From Bacteroidota bacterium (GTDB lineage: Bacteria > Bacteroidota > Ignavibacteria > Palsa-1295), in contig JAKAIL010000002.1 in NCBI GenBank assembly GCA_021825235.1, positions 1 to 44,051 on the forward strand: a DNA stretch of 44,051 nt, written 5' to 3'. The notes beneath the pieces are model-generated. The model ran no database searches. It saw only the letters and a program-made list of their open reading frames with translations, and had not been told where the DNA came from. Both the position numbers and the translations under genes were made by a program. Every line of letters starts with the position of its first letter. The first letter of the stretch is position 1. Of the stretch, positions 1 to 8,670 are shown one piece after another.

Positions 1-117
1 CTAAAGTGCTGAGTGCTAAAGTGCTGAGTGCTAAAGTGCTGAGTGCTAAAGTGCTGAGTGCTAAAGTGCTGAGTGCTGAGTGCTGAGTGCTGAGTGCTGA
101 GTGCTGAGTGCTGAGAG
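1..117. repeat. Compound tandem repeat: 15-bp unit CTAAAGTGCTGAGTG x5 (1-75), then its 7-bp sub-unit CTGAGTG x5 (76-110) and one degenerate copy CTGAGAG (111-117). The array is cut by the window edge.
   Basis: Read directly from the sequence. All copies but the last are perfect. There are no spacers, so it is not CRISPR. Confidence 0.95.
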
Positions 118-184
118 GCCGAGTAAACAACACTCTGTTATTTGTCATTCCGAGCGTCGCGTAGGTCGGTGTTTCCAGCCCGAC

Positions 185-632
185 CTACCTCGAATCGGCG
201 CGCAGCCACTTAAAATACACCAATTCGTCATCGTCTTCATCCAAATTTTCGATAATACCACTGGGACTGAAGCCGAGCTTTGCGAGAAGATTCTGCATCG
301 GAATGTTGGAGCGATTCGTGGAAGTGAATAGCTTCGGTGTTGCATTCATCTCTTCGAAATGCCGGATGAGAGCAGTTCCATGGCCTTGTAGCCGAAATGA
401 CACCTCAACCACGAGCATTGCAATAAAGCCATTGCCATAGAAACTGGTCGAGTACGCCGTATGCTGCAATTTCTTTGTTGGCCAGCGAGACATAGCAGGT
501 TTGTTCCTTAATGGTGCGCCCAATAAAGTGGCACCGTTCTTGAGACGTGCGAGCAATGTGATCCAATGCGCAAAGGCGTACTAGATCATTCTGCACTGCA
601 AGACGGATCAGTATGCTCGAGTCCTTCATCAA
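185..632 (-). pseudogene. GNAT-family N-acetyltransferase, split by a frameshift
   Basis: The N-terminal part is in ORF 405..632 (..NKEIAAYGVLD). The C-terminal part is in ORF 185..556 (SFYGNGFIAMLVVEVSFRLQGHGTALIRHFE, a Q/RxxGxG/A acetyl-CoA motif, then ..MQNLLAKLGF). The two parts are in different frames, and the switch must fall near 444-450. Confidence 0.7.
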
Positions 633-650
633 TTCAAAATAGATTAGTTC

Positions 651-692
651 AAAAACGCGAACGAGTAACGAGTCTCCCGCTCGTTACTCGTT
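651..692 (-). terminator. Rho-independent terminator of the RRM protein gene
   Basis: Perfect 13-bp stem (660-672 AACGAGTAACGAG / 680-692 CTCGTTACTCGTT) with a 7-nt loop. On the minus strand it is followed by CGCG then TTTTT (651-655). It lies 22 nt after the stop at 714. Confidence 0.8.
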
Positions 693-713
693 ACTCATCC
701 ACTCGTTACTGGT

Positions 714-1070
714 TTACCAGCGCCGGCCGCCGCGGTCCCCGCGGTCACGATCGCCACCGCGGTCACCGCCGCCACGCCGGTCACCGCCGCCGCGGTAGCC
801 GCCGCCCCCGCCGCGATTGCTGCGCTGTTCCATCGGCTTGGCTTCGTTGACCGTAATGGTACGTCCGCCGAGCTCGGCCTGGTTAAGTTCCTCGATGGCT
901 TTTTTCGCGGCTTCGTTGTCGTTCATTTCAACAAAACCAAAGCCTTTGCTGCGTCCGGAATCACGATCGGTGATTACTTTCGCGCTCGCCACTTCTCCGT
1001 AGGAAGAAAAAATTTGGGCCAGTTGGCTGTCGTCCGTCTGGTACGGCAGTCCGCCCACGTAAATCCTCAT
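714..1070 (-). CDS. RNA-binding protein with an RRM domain and a Gly/Arg-rich (RGG) tail
   Basis: RNP-2 (IYVGGL) and RNP-1 (KGFGFVEM) motifs. C-terminal GGGGGYRGGGDRRGGGDRGGDRDRGDRGGRRW. Confidence 0.92.
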   Translation of the reverse strand: MRIYVGGLPYQTDDSQLAQIFSSYGEVASAKVITDRDSGRSKGFGFVEMNDNEAAKKAIEELNQAELGGRTITVNEAKPMEQRSNRGGGGGYRGGGDRRGGGDRGGDRDRGDRGGRRW

Positions 1071-1384
1071 GTATGATAGCTAAAAAGAATGAAACAAAAC
1101 GTTACGCTTCGAGAGGCGGCTGCGGAAGGCGAAAGAGGCAGCGAGGGCTTGCGAGCAAGACTACACAAGGTTCCATACCGCGTGTTAGAGCAGAGCGATT
1201 CAGGGACGCGCATACACCCGATGGCCCGGCGTGTGATCGCCGTGCTGCGGATGATCGCTCATCGACCGAACCAGTGCAAAAACGTTTCTTATCCACGAAA
1301 CACACAACCCGAAAGGTAGCATGAATTCATTATGACAAATGCCGGAAGCCGAAGATTAGTTCGTGCCGGAAACAGAGAAATTTC

Positions 1385-1849
1385 TTAATGGACTGCCACA
1401 GCAATGGTATTCGATGGTGGCCCCGCCGTGCGGTAGCCTCGGTACTCTGGTGGCCAATTGCCATCTGCTGGCCGACCGCCGGTAGCACCTTCCTGCCCCT
1501 CGACTGGATTGATGGCATACGCTACAATGTATAGTGAATCGAAGTGGGGAGTACTGGTAGGATATAGAGATCCTGCGAAGGCCCCACGGTCCCCACTTTC
1601 AGGAGCGCCAATAACTTCCGGCAAATCGGTTATGAGATGTTCGCCGCTTGCAGGGATACTCCGCGTTGTATCGAGACATATCAGAAGGGAACCTGGATGA
1701 GGAGCCGGATCACGCCCAAATACCGCAATGAAACTGTAACCATTGAGTGTGTCAAAGGCAATGCTGTCCAGAATCAATGCATGTTGCATTGGAAGGGCAA
1801 GTTTGCCGCCTGCGACGCTGTCGCGATAACTACCTCTATGTAGGTCCAA
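1385..1849 (-). CDS. Hypothetical protein, probably 5-prime truncated at the IS boundary
   Basis: The frame stays open for about 180 codons from 1385 across the IS left end. There is no ATG; the first possible start is TTG at 1849. I recognise no domain. Confidence 0.4.
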   Translation of the reverse strand: MDLHRGSYRDSVAGGKLALPMQHALILDSIAFDTLNGYSFIAVFGRDPAPHPGSLLICLDTTRSIPASGEHLITDLPEVIGAPESGDRGAFAGSLYPTSTPHFDSLYIVAYAINPVEGQEGATGGRPADGNWPPEYRGYRTAGPPSNTIAVAVH

Positions 1850-1895
1850 AAGAAACGCGGAATAGCCTGGCTTCGATGCGAGCAGTTCGAATTCA

Positions 1896-1915
1896 CCTAG
1901 CAGGCTGTTGAAAAA
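1896..1915. repeat. IS left terminal inverted repeat CCTAGCAGGCTGTTGAAAAA
   Basis: Exact reverse complement of 3264-3283. Confidence 0.9.
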
Positions 1916-2043
1916 TGAGGTAACTTTTCTTTCCGTTCTTGGTTCGGCTGGTTTTTATGGCTGATGGGGTTCGACTTTCGATTGAGTTTTTGCGTTCCCG
2001 CCGCGTGCGTTGACGCGCGAGCCATCTCGATCGCGGCGCGGAC

Positions 2044-3174
2044 TCATGTGGGAACCACGAGTTTTGCGATTCGCAGTAGGTTATACGCGCACGCGGTGAG
2101 TCCGAAGGCCCATCCAATCCGTGCGACGCCACGGAAGCGGGCTTTGCCGACGCGCGCAATCGTCTTGCACCATCCGAAGATCTCCTCGACTAACTTGCGC
2201 TTCCGCTGACTGATCGCATATCCGGCATGGCGGAAGGTTCGCCCATCCAGCGTGGTCGTTCCCTTGGCCGCAATATGAGGCGTGATGCGGTGCGCGCGCA
2301 TGGTGGCCACAAACGCTGCGGTGTCATAGCCCTTGTCGGCTCCGACGGTGATGTGACGACGCGAGTGCCGCTTGAGACGCCGCAGCATCTGCTTGGCCGC
2401 GTCACGCTCGGCGGTTCCCGTGGCTGGCGTCACGCAGGCATCGACGATCAACCCGTGGCGATTCTCCATCAGGACATGCCCCAGAAACGCCAGATGCGCT
2501 TCCTTGCCACGGCCTTTACGATACAACCGTGCTTCCGGATCGGTCGTCGAACGGTGCGTGGCATTCGTGCGGCGCTCGCGGTGAAAGTCCACGCTCGGAT
2601 TGCCCGGATCATCATCCTGCGAGGACGGCTGCGATGCCGTTGCGACCGGCTCCGACGGCATCGTCTCCCGTTGCGTTGTGGCCGACTTCACAAAGCTCTT
2701 CATGCTCGCGGCCGCTTCGATCAGCGTGCCGTCAACGGTAAAATGATCGCGGCTCAGCAGATGGTGCGCATCCGCGATCGCCACAATCTCCTGCTGGAAC
2801 CGTACCGCCGTGTCCTGGCTCAGGAACCGTTCCCGATTCTGCGAAAACGTCGAAAAGTCCCACACCTCCGACTCTAACTCCAGACCCACAAACCAGCGGT
2901 ATAATAAGTTGTAGTGCAATTGCTCCACCAATTGCCGCTCGCTGCGAATGCTGTAGAGCGCCTGCAACAGCAACGCCCGAAGCAAGTGCTCCGGGGGAAT
3001 CGACGGACGACCCACCTTCGAATACAACGAGCTTAAGTGACGCGACATCGCCTGCAGTGCCTGATCGGCCAAGCGACGAACCTCCCGCAACGGATGGTCC
3101 GCCGGAACGAATGATTCCACTGAAGTGGAAACGTAGTGAAATAACTGGGAGTGCTTCGAAGGTTGTCCGCGCAT
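2044..3174 (-). CDS. IS5-family (IS4/IS5 superfamily) DDE transposase
   Basis: InsH-type N-terminal domain (PPEHLLRALLLQALYSIRSERQLVEQLHYNLLYRWFVGL). C-terminal DDE region with ITVGADKGYD. 376 aa. Confidence 0.9.
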   Translation of the reverse strand: MRGQPSKHSQLFHYVSTSVESFVPADHPLREVRRLADQALQAMSRHLSSLYSKVGRPSIPPEHLLRALLLQALYSIRSERQLVEQLHYNLLYRWFVGLELESEVWDFSTFSQNRERFLSQDTAVRFQQEIVAIADAHHLLSRDHFTVDGTLIEAAASMKSFVKSATTQRETMPSEPVATASQPSSQDDDPGNPSVDFHRERRTNATHRSTTDPEARLYRKGRGKEAHLAFLGHVLMENRHGLIVDACVTPATGTAERDAAKQMLRRLKRHSRRHITVGADKGYDTAAFVATMRAHRITPHIAAKGTTTLDGRTFRHAGYAISQRKRKLVEEIFGWCKTIARVGKARFRGVARIGWAFGLTACAYNLLRIAKLVVPT

Positions 3175-3215
3175 AGCGAGTAAAAGAGTTAGAGTGATGA
3201 GTACTGGAATCTACA

Positions 3216-5015
3216 ATGGAGCGATATGCAAGTTCCCTTAGCAAAAATCACACCCAAAACGACTTTTTCAACAGCCTGCTAGGCAATATTCTTTTTTCTA
3301 GTAATGACGGCAGGTCATGGGATTCAATTACCAAAGTAAGCGGCATTACACTTGATTCTGAGTCTTCTTTCATGGGAATTTACGGGAATCGGGATAGCTT
3401 AGTTGCCACAATTTATCTTACCGGCTTAACCGATTCCGGCTACAAGGTTTTCTTGGTTTATTCAACTGATCTTGGAAGAAGCTGGCAATCAAGTTTGATT
3501 GATCAGATTTATCAGTATGGAACGATTGGGCTTCACGTTTCACCGCATTCTTGCAATATTATACGTCAACTGACCAACTACCTGGACGATACCTATAGCT
3601 TCTTTCTTGCTTCTCCTTCTTATACGAATTGGAACTCCATTTTCGACCATATTGAAACCGGTGCCTGGATAGCAGGAAATGAATGTGCATATTACTTGTC
3701 CGACGCGAATCCCAGCAGCGGCGCTATTGACACGCCAATATATCGTTCAACAAATCAAGGCCTATCGTGGAGAAGTATTCTCCCCGCTCCTCTGGGAGGG
3801 CCGAATGAAATAGAAATTGATGATGGGGATTGGCAAAATCTTTCTGTAGTCGGATATGGCGCTGTTGTGTACGCCGGTAATAGCTCCAATGTTAATGGCG
3901 CTCCGTACCAACTTTGGAAAACCACCGACGGCGGAGATGGCACCCTCTCCGCCGCCGCGCTGGCGCCAAAGCTGGCGCTGGCGCATGTGCCATTTCCCAG
4001 CGGGAACGATACGCTGCACATTTCGAGCTGCGAAGCGTCCCAAATGGTGGTAACCAATTTCAACATTGGCTGCTCGTGGGCGACGTTCGATAGCGTAACG
4101 ATTGAGGGACTTGGGTCCAGCGAATATTCCGTCACCTCCACACACTATTGCGGCTGCACGCATGTGCCGGATAGTTCTTTCATTACGCTTGAGCCGAAGC
4201 AGCCAGGCATTCATAATGTCACCGTGCATTTCCATTACACGGACGATGAATTCAACCAAATCGACACGACGCTGCCGGTGGTGCTGGATATTAAGTCCGG
4301 TGGAGCGGCGGTGCCGATGAGCCTCACGCTCGGCGCGGGAACGATTACCGCCCGCGCGGGGGACACGATAGAGATTCCGGTTTATCTCACGAGCGATTCG
4401 ACGATTACGCTGGCTGGTCCGGTGCAGATCAGCCTGCCTTTTGCGATCGATACCAGCGTTCTTCGTTCTGTTGGCTTTGTATCGGACATCATGGGACTTT
4501 CTGAGACGGATAGCATGCTAAGTGACAATACGCTGGGAATTTATCTTTTGTCGTCCGGCAACATTCCTGTGATTGGAAGGACGCTTGTCGGTACCCTGCG
4601 ATGTGTCGTCTATCTTGCCGATACGCTTTCGACGAGCGTTTCGCTGGCCGGCGCGAGCATCAATGCCGGCACCGGCGGCTGCGTTGCGCTATCTACCGAG
4701 CTAAGCGGCGTGAATATCGCCATCACCGGCTGCGGGGATTCGACGCTGCTGAAATTTATGCGGACGGGAACGGTTGCGCTTGCGATTGATCGTATCATTC
4801 CCAATCCAGCGAGCGGTTCGCTGAGGGTAGAGGGTAGGGGGCAGAGGGTAGCGGCGCAGGTCGTTGACGCGCTGGGCCGAATTGTAATTCCCCTTACCCA
4901 TTACCCTCTGCCCTTTACCCTCGATGTCTCCGCGCTTCCAAATGGGATTTATTTGCTGGAGGCGGAATCGCCGGAAGGGTTCGTGGCGTCGCGGAAATTT
5001 ATTGTGGACCGATAA
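3216..5015 (+). CDS. BNR/Asp-box repeat protein with a cohesin-like module and a T9SS C-terminal sorting domain. The 5-prime end is disrupted: the listed ATG lies inside the IS.
   Basis: Asp-boxes SNDGRSW, STDLGRSW, STNQGLSW, TTDGGDG. C-terminus IIPNPASGSLRVEG...LPNGIYLLEAESPEGFVASRKFIVDR is typical of a T9SS CTD. There is no signal peptide. Confidence 0.75.
   Translation: MERYASSLSKNHTQNDFFNSLLGNILFSSNDGRSWDSITKVSGITLDSESSFMGIYGNRDSLVATIYLTGLTDSGYKVFLVYSTDLGRSWQSSLIDQIYQYGTIGLHVSPHSCNIIRQLTNYLDDTYSFFLASPSYTNWNSIFDHIETGAWIAGNECAYYLSDANPSSGAIDTPIYRSTNQGLSWRSILPAPLGGPNEIEIDDGDWQNLSVVGYGAVVYAGNSSNVNGAPYQLWKTTDGGDGTLSAAALAPKLALAHVPFPSGNDTLHISSCEASQMVVTNFNIGCSWATFDSVTIEGLGSSEYSVTSTHYCGCTHVPDSSFITLEPKQPGIHNVTVHFHYTDDEFNQIDTTLPVVLDIKSGGAAVPMSLTLGAGTITARAGDTIEIPVYLTSDSTITLAGPVQISLPFAIDTSVLRSVGFVSDIMGLSETDSMLSDNTLGIYLLSSGNIPVIGRTLVGTLRCVVYLADTLSTSVSLAGASINAGTGGCVALSTELSGVNIAITGCGDSTLLKFMRTGTVALAIDRIIPNPASGSLRVEGRGQRVAAQVVDALGRIVIPLTHYPLPFTLDVSALPNGIYLLEAESPEGFVASRKFIVDR
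3264..3283. repeat. IS right terminal inverted repeat TTTTTCAACAGCCTGCTAGG
   Basis: Exact reverse complement of 1896-1915. Confidence 0.9.
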
Positions 5016-5024
5016 CCTTGCGGA

Positions 5025-5804
5025 ATGCAATTCCGCAGTATACACTGGTGTTTGACTTGTGTGGACTTCGATCCAAAATCCATTCAGCTCCTGATCCTCC
5101 CGGGCTTAGGCGGCGATCACCGCATGGCGCACTCGCAGCTTTCGCTGCCATACGAGTGTATCACGCCCGATTATATCGCATTCGAAAAAAATGAGTCGCT
5201 GGTGGACTATTCCTACCGTTTTTTCGCGCATATCCTTAATGTCCATACGGTGGACCTGAACCGTCCGTTCTTTATTGTGGGCTATTCGCTCGGTTCGGCG
5301 GTGGGAATGGAACTGGCGAAGTACCTTTCGGTCAAGGGACTGATCCTCATCGGTGGCCCAATGCAGGCTCGCGAAATTAAGCTTATCCCGCGTCTCTTTG
5401 GCGAGTATGTATGCTGGTGGCTTCCGCTGTGGGTGTACCGGGCGGCGGAGGTATTTGTCGCGCCCGTCATGCGGATTGTTTCGGGCATTTCCGAGCGCGA
5501 AATTCGGCTGGCCGGTGTCATGTACCATGAACTTGCTCGCGGTTTATTCCGCGAAGCCTACCGGGCGCTCGTCGAGTGGCCCGGCTGTCCCGTACACGTG
5601 CCCTACGTGCGCATACATGGCCAATACGATCAGATCATCCAGTGCCCGAAGCCCGGCGAGCACGTGGTGATTATTCCGAAGACGAAACACCTGGTCGGGC
5701 AGGCACGTCCGGAGCCAGTAAACTCAGCCATTCAGAGCTTCATAAAGCATGTTATGACAGGGAACCACGAAAAAGCTGAACTGTCGCTGGAAGATGAGTC
5801 TTAA
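5025..5804 (+). CDS. Alpha/beta-fold hydrolase
   Basis: LILPGLGGD near the N-terminus and the nucleophile elbow GYSLGS. Confidence 0.75.
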   Translation: MQFRSIHWCLTCVDFDPKSIQLLILPGLGGDHRMAHSQLSLPYECITPDYIAFEKNESLVDYSYRFFAHILNVHTVDLNRPFFIVGYSLGSAVGMELAKYLSVKGLILIGGPMQAREIKLIPRLFGEYVCWWLPLWVYRAAEVFVAPVMRIVSGISEREIRLAGVMYHELARGLFREAYRALVEWPGCPVHVPYVRIHGQYDQIIQCPKPGEHVVIIPKTKHLVGQARPEPVNSAIQSFIKHVMTGNHEKAELSLEDES

Positions 5805-6174
5805 TTCATTCGGTGCCTTGATGCTTATAGCTGGGCCGTACATTTCCACAATGTTAAGCGCGATAATAATAGGGGTCAAAACGCTTCCGGTATTTTATGC
5901 CATCGGGTGTCGATAAGTAGGTGCATAACTCAAAAATTATTCACAGCCCTGTGTATAACAAAATGGGAACAAGTTGATAACGCTGGAAATCATTCAATCC
6001 AAGCGAATTAGCGGGATTGCATAAGAGAATAGTTCACATACCCGTGGCGGGGGTATTTCTGTTAGGGGGTGCCCTTAGGATGGATAATGCGTGGACAACT
6101 CAGTTCCCATCGGGTAATTTTTTGGTAATTTTCTGCCCAAATTTTGCAGGAATTGGCGTGTTGTCTCTCCCTGC

Positions 6175-7440
6175 CTATTTGACATAGTTGAATCGAACCA
6201 CTTCCGAAGAAAGGCCGCCTTGCGTAACACGAAGAATATAATCGCCGCTGGGCAGGTTGGGCGCAGAAACCTGAATTTCGTTGGTACCGGGATGCAGAGA
6301 TCCCAAATCCAGTGTGCCTTTTTCGGAGCCGGTCAAATCGTAGATCGTTGCGTGTGAGGCACCACCGGCATCCGTCTGGATTTCGAGATGCAGCGTCCCA
6401 TTACCGACAAGGGGATTCGGCCAGGCGTTCGTCACGGCGATGCCGGCGCGCTCCTCCGGAGCGGTAGCCACGCTTGCTGGCGGCATCACATACATCACAA
6501 AGCGATAGTTGGCGGAATCCGCCGGATTGCTTGTCTGCGGATGCACGCTGAGATAGATCACCGCAGAATCTTCGGTGGTTACGGTGGGTACATTTAGCGT
6601 GAATGTGAGTCGTTGCTGATACGTCGTATCCGGAAGGGCCGAGAAATTGGTTACCAGCGTATTTCCGGTGGTGAAGGTGTCCTGGTAGTTTGAAGGATTA
6701 TACGGCTGGCGGGTATCGTCAAATTTCGTGATGCTCCATCCAGCCGGGAGCAGTGCCTGATACGAGAGCACATAATCGATTCCACGGGCCGCGTAATTTT
6801 CGAGCATGTTCGAAAGCGTATCGACTCCCGGACCATTGAACGTCTCTTCGAATTGAGTGGGCTGGCTCCATAGAAATACCAATGGCGGATCCGGAGGGGT
6901 ATAGGAAGCTGTGTAATATAACTGCACCGTATCTGCGGGCGAACCAACCACGCCAACGCGAAGCCACACAGCTCCACTATCGGGAACATCATTCAAGGTT
7001 GCGGACAAGTCCAGGGTGAGTAGTGCGCTTCCGAGCGGAGGTATCGTCCATACCTCAACGCTATCCTTCTTCGGGTAACAGAGCCCTCCCCAACACACAC
7101 TCGAGCTCAGCGAAGAGCCGAGGTGTTGCGAGCGGCTGAAGTAAATGGACTGTGAATCATTTGTCAAGTTCCACACCGTATCGACGACAGGATGGATACT
7201 ACTTATGTCGCTTACGTCCCGCCAGGCGGAATCCGGTCCGGTAACTTTAAAATTCTGACCGTGGAGCACGGTGGGCGCACCTGGAAGTGGCCGCGGCAGG
7301 CCAACCGGAGCAACGAAACGTTCTGCGGATGTTATTACCACACCGGCCCGGGCTGTTGCTGTGGCGCTGGATTGTGCCAGAGCACTTTGAGCAACAAGCA
7401 TCGAAACAACGGTGCAGAAAATAACGCGCGTAATCTTCAT
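6175..7440 (-). CDS. Secreted hypothetical protein with a T9SS C-terminal sorting domain
   Basis: Start moved to the ATG at 7440, which gives the signal peptide MKITRVIFCTVVSMLVAQSALAQ. C-terminus WPNPLVGNGTLHLEI...LPSGDYILRVTQGGLSSEVVRFNYVK. Confidence 0.8.
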   Translation of the reverse strand: MKITRVIFCTVVSMLVAQSALAQSSATATARAGVVITSAERFVAPVGLPRPLPGAPTVLHGQNFKVTGPDSAWRDVSDISSIHPVVDTVWNLTNDSQSIYFSRSQHLGSSLSSSVCWGGLCYPKKDSVEVWTIPPLGSALLTLDLSATLNDVPDSGAVWLRVGVVGSPADTVQLYYTASYTPPDPPLVFLWSQPTQFEETFNGPGVDTLSNMLENYAARGIDYVLSYQALLPAGWSITKFDDTRQPYNPSNYQDTFTTGNTLVTNFSALPDTTYQQRLTFTLNVPTVTTEDSAVIYLSVHPQTSNPADSANYRFVMYVMPPASVATAPEERAGIAVTNAWPNPLVGNGTLHLEIQTDAGGASHATIYDLTGSEKGTLDLGSLHPGTNEIQVSAPNLPSGDYILRVTQGGLSSEVVRFNYVK

Positions 7441-7600
7441 CGTATGTATTAATATCTCGGCAATTGGTGGCAATTCATGGTCTGCCATTCGGGTTAATAA
7501 AAAGTCAGTGCTATGGTAATAGGTTCGTAACAATCATTGGGTAATTGCCCCACTTTACCAACTTCATTTACCACTCTTTGAATATCCGTATTTTTGTAGC

Positions 7601-8620
7601 ATGGATAAAGTAAAACTCGCGATCATTGGATGTGGAAACGTGGCACAGGTCGTTCATTTGCCGGTGCTGGAAAAAATGTCGGACGTAGAAATTGCCGCCG
7701 TCGTCGATCCCGATAAACGGAAAGCACAGGCGGTGGCCAGCCGCGGGAACATTCCTGCGTCGTTTACCTCGCTCGATGCGTTGCTCGCCTCACCGATTGC
7801 AAAGGAACTAAACGCGATCGATATTTGCACGCCGACGGATACGCATCGTACGATTGCCATACAGGCGATGGAAGCCGGGCTCGATGTTCTCGTCGAGAAA
7901 CCAATAGCCCGTACTGCGCGCGAGGCACGCGAAATGGCTGCCTGCGCAGAAAAGACCGGGCGAAAGCTCATGGTCGGAATGAATAACCGGTTTCGGCCGG
8001 ATACGATGCTGCTTAAGAGCTTCATCGAAAAGAAAGAACTGGGAAAAATATATTATATAAAATCTGGCTGGCTGAAGCAGCAGTCGAGTTCCTCACCATG
8101 GCACCAGCAAAAGGAGAAAGCCGGGGGCGGAGTGATTCTCGATCTTGGCATCGCCATGCTGGATTTAGGACTCTGGCTGCTGAACTATCCCGAAGTGCAG
8201 ACTGTGAGCGCCAGCACGTATCATCAGCAGACGAAAACGGTGGAGGATTCTGCGGCTGTGTTCGCCCGCATCGCCGGCGATATTACCTTCTCCATCGAAG
8301 TAAGCTGGACCTTCCACCGCGAGACGGACTTTTTCTACTGCAATATCTATGGTAATGATGGCAGCGCATTTATCAATCCACTCAAAGTGATGAAGCGTAT
8401 TCATGGCAGCCTTGTGAACCTGACACCGGTAAAACAGCAAACGCCGGTCGCGCTCTACAAAAAGTCGTATGAAAACGAATTACGCTATTTTGTAAATGCG
8501 GTGAAAGGGCTGGTCCCGCTCGTTTCCACAGGCGAGGAAGCGGCGCGCCGGATGACCATTGTGGACGCTATCTATCAATCGGCAGCCAAAAAGAAGGAAA
8601 TAGTGATAGCGAAGAAATAG
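7601..8620 (+). CDS. Gfo/Idh/MocA-family NAD(P)-dependent oxidoreductase
   Basis: N-terminal Rossmann motif KLAIIGCGNVA, and the EKP motif (VLVEKPIA). Confidence 0.85.
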   Translation: MDKVKLAIIGCGNVAQVVHLPVLEKMSDVEIAAVVDPDKRKAQAVASRGNIPASFTSLDALLASPIAKELNAIDICTPTDTHRTIAIQAMEAGLDVLVEKPIARTAREAREMAACAEKTGRKLMVGMNNRFRPDTMLLKSFIEKKELGKIYYIKSGWLKQQSSSSPWHQQKEKAGGGVILDLGIAMLDLGLWLLNYPEVQTVSASTYHQQTKTVEDSAAVFARIAGDITFSIEVSWTFHRETDFFYCNIYGNDGSAFINPLKVMKRIHGSLVNLTPVKQQTPVALYKKSYENELRYFVNAVKGLVPLVSTGEEAARRMTIVDAIYQSAAKKKEIVIAKK

Positions 8621-8670
8621 GAGTTCATTTCACTCTTCCTTCTTTAGTGAGGATGCTTTTACTCCAATAG

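Larger units (their letters stand above)
1896..3283 (-). mobile_element. IS5-family insertion sequence, about 1.39 kb, single transposase ORF
   Basis: Perfect 20-bp terminal inverted repeats bracket a DDE transposase gene. GC content is visibly higher than in the flanking BNR gene. Confidence 0.9.

Noticed and set aside
1-117. The repeat array as a CRISPR locus
   Set aside because: The units are contiguous with no unique spacers. The unit lengths (15 and 7 bp) are far below CRISPR repeat size, and there are no cas genes.
101-345. ORFs 101..331 (+) and 145..345 (-), which start in or next to the minisatellite
   Set aside because: They overlap the tandem repeat and the 3-prime part of the GNAT gene. 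They are low complexity with no motif, and most likely are artefacts of the repeat.
5821-5916. A 31-aa hydrophobic micro-ORF (MLIAGPYISTMLSAIIIGVKTLPVFYAIGCR) 16 nt after the hydrolase stop
   Set aside because: It is too short to support from sequence alone. There is no recognisable translation signal and no way to test conservation here.
5937-6099. The DnaA-box-like sites as a replication origin
   Set aside because: There are only two good boxes. There is no AT-rich unwinding element and no dnaA/dnaN nearby. It is kept only as a low-interest note.
6087-6099. ATGCGTGGACAAC resembles the transposase start ATGCGCGGACAAC (possible IS remnant)
   Set aside because: The similarity stops after 13 nt, and no IR-like sequence or further transposase homology follows. 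It is probably coincidence.
7589-7596. TATTTTTG as an FCB-type -7 promoter box (TAnnTTTG) for the oxidoreductase gene
   Set aside because: It lies only 4 nt from the ATG. The nearest TTTG (-33-like) is about 10 nt away instead of about 20, so the geometry is wrong. It cannot be supported without TSS data.
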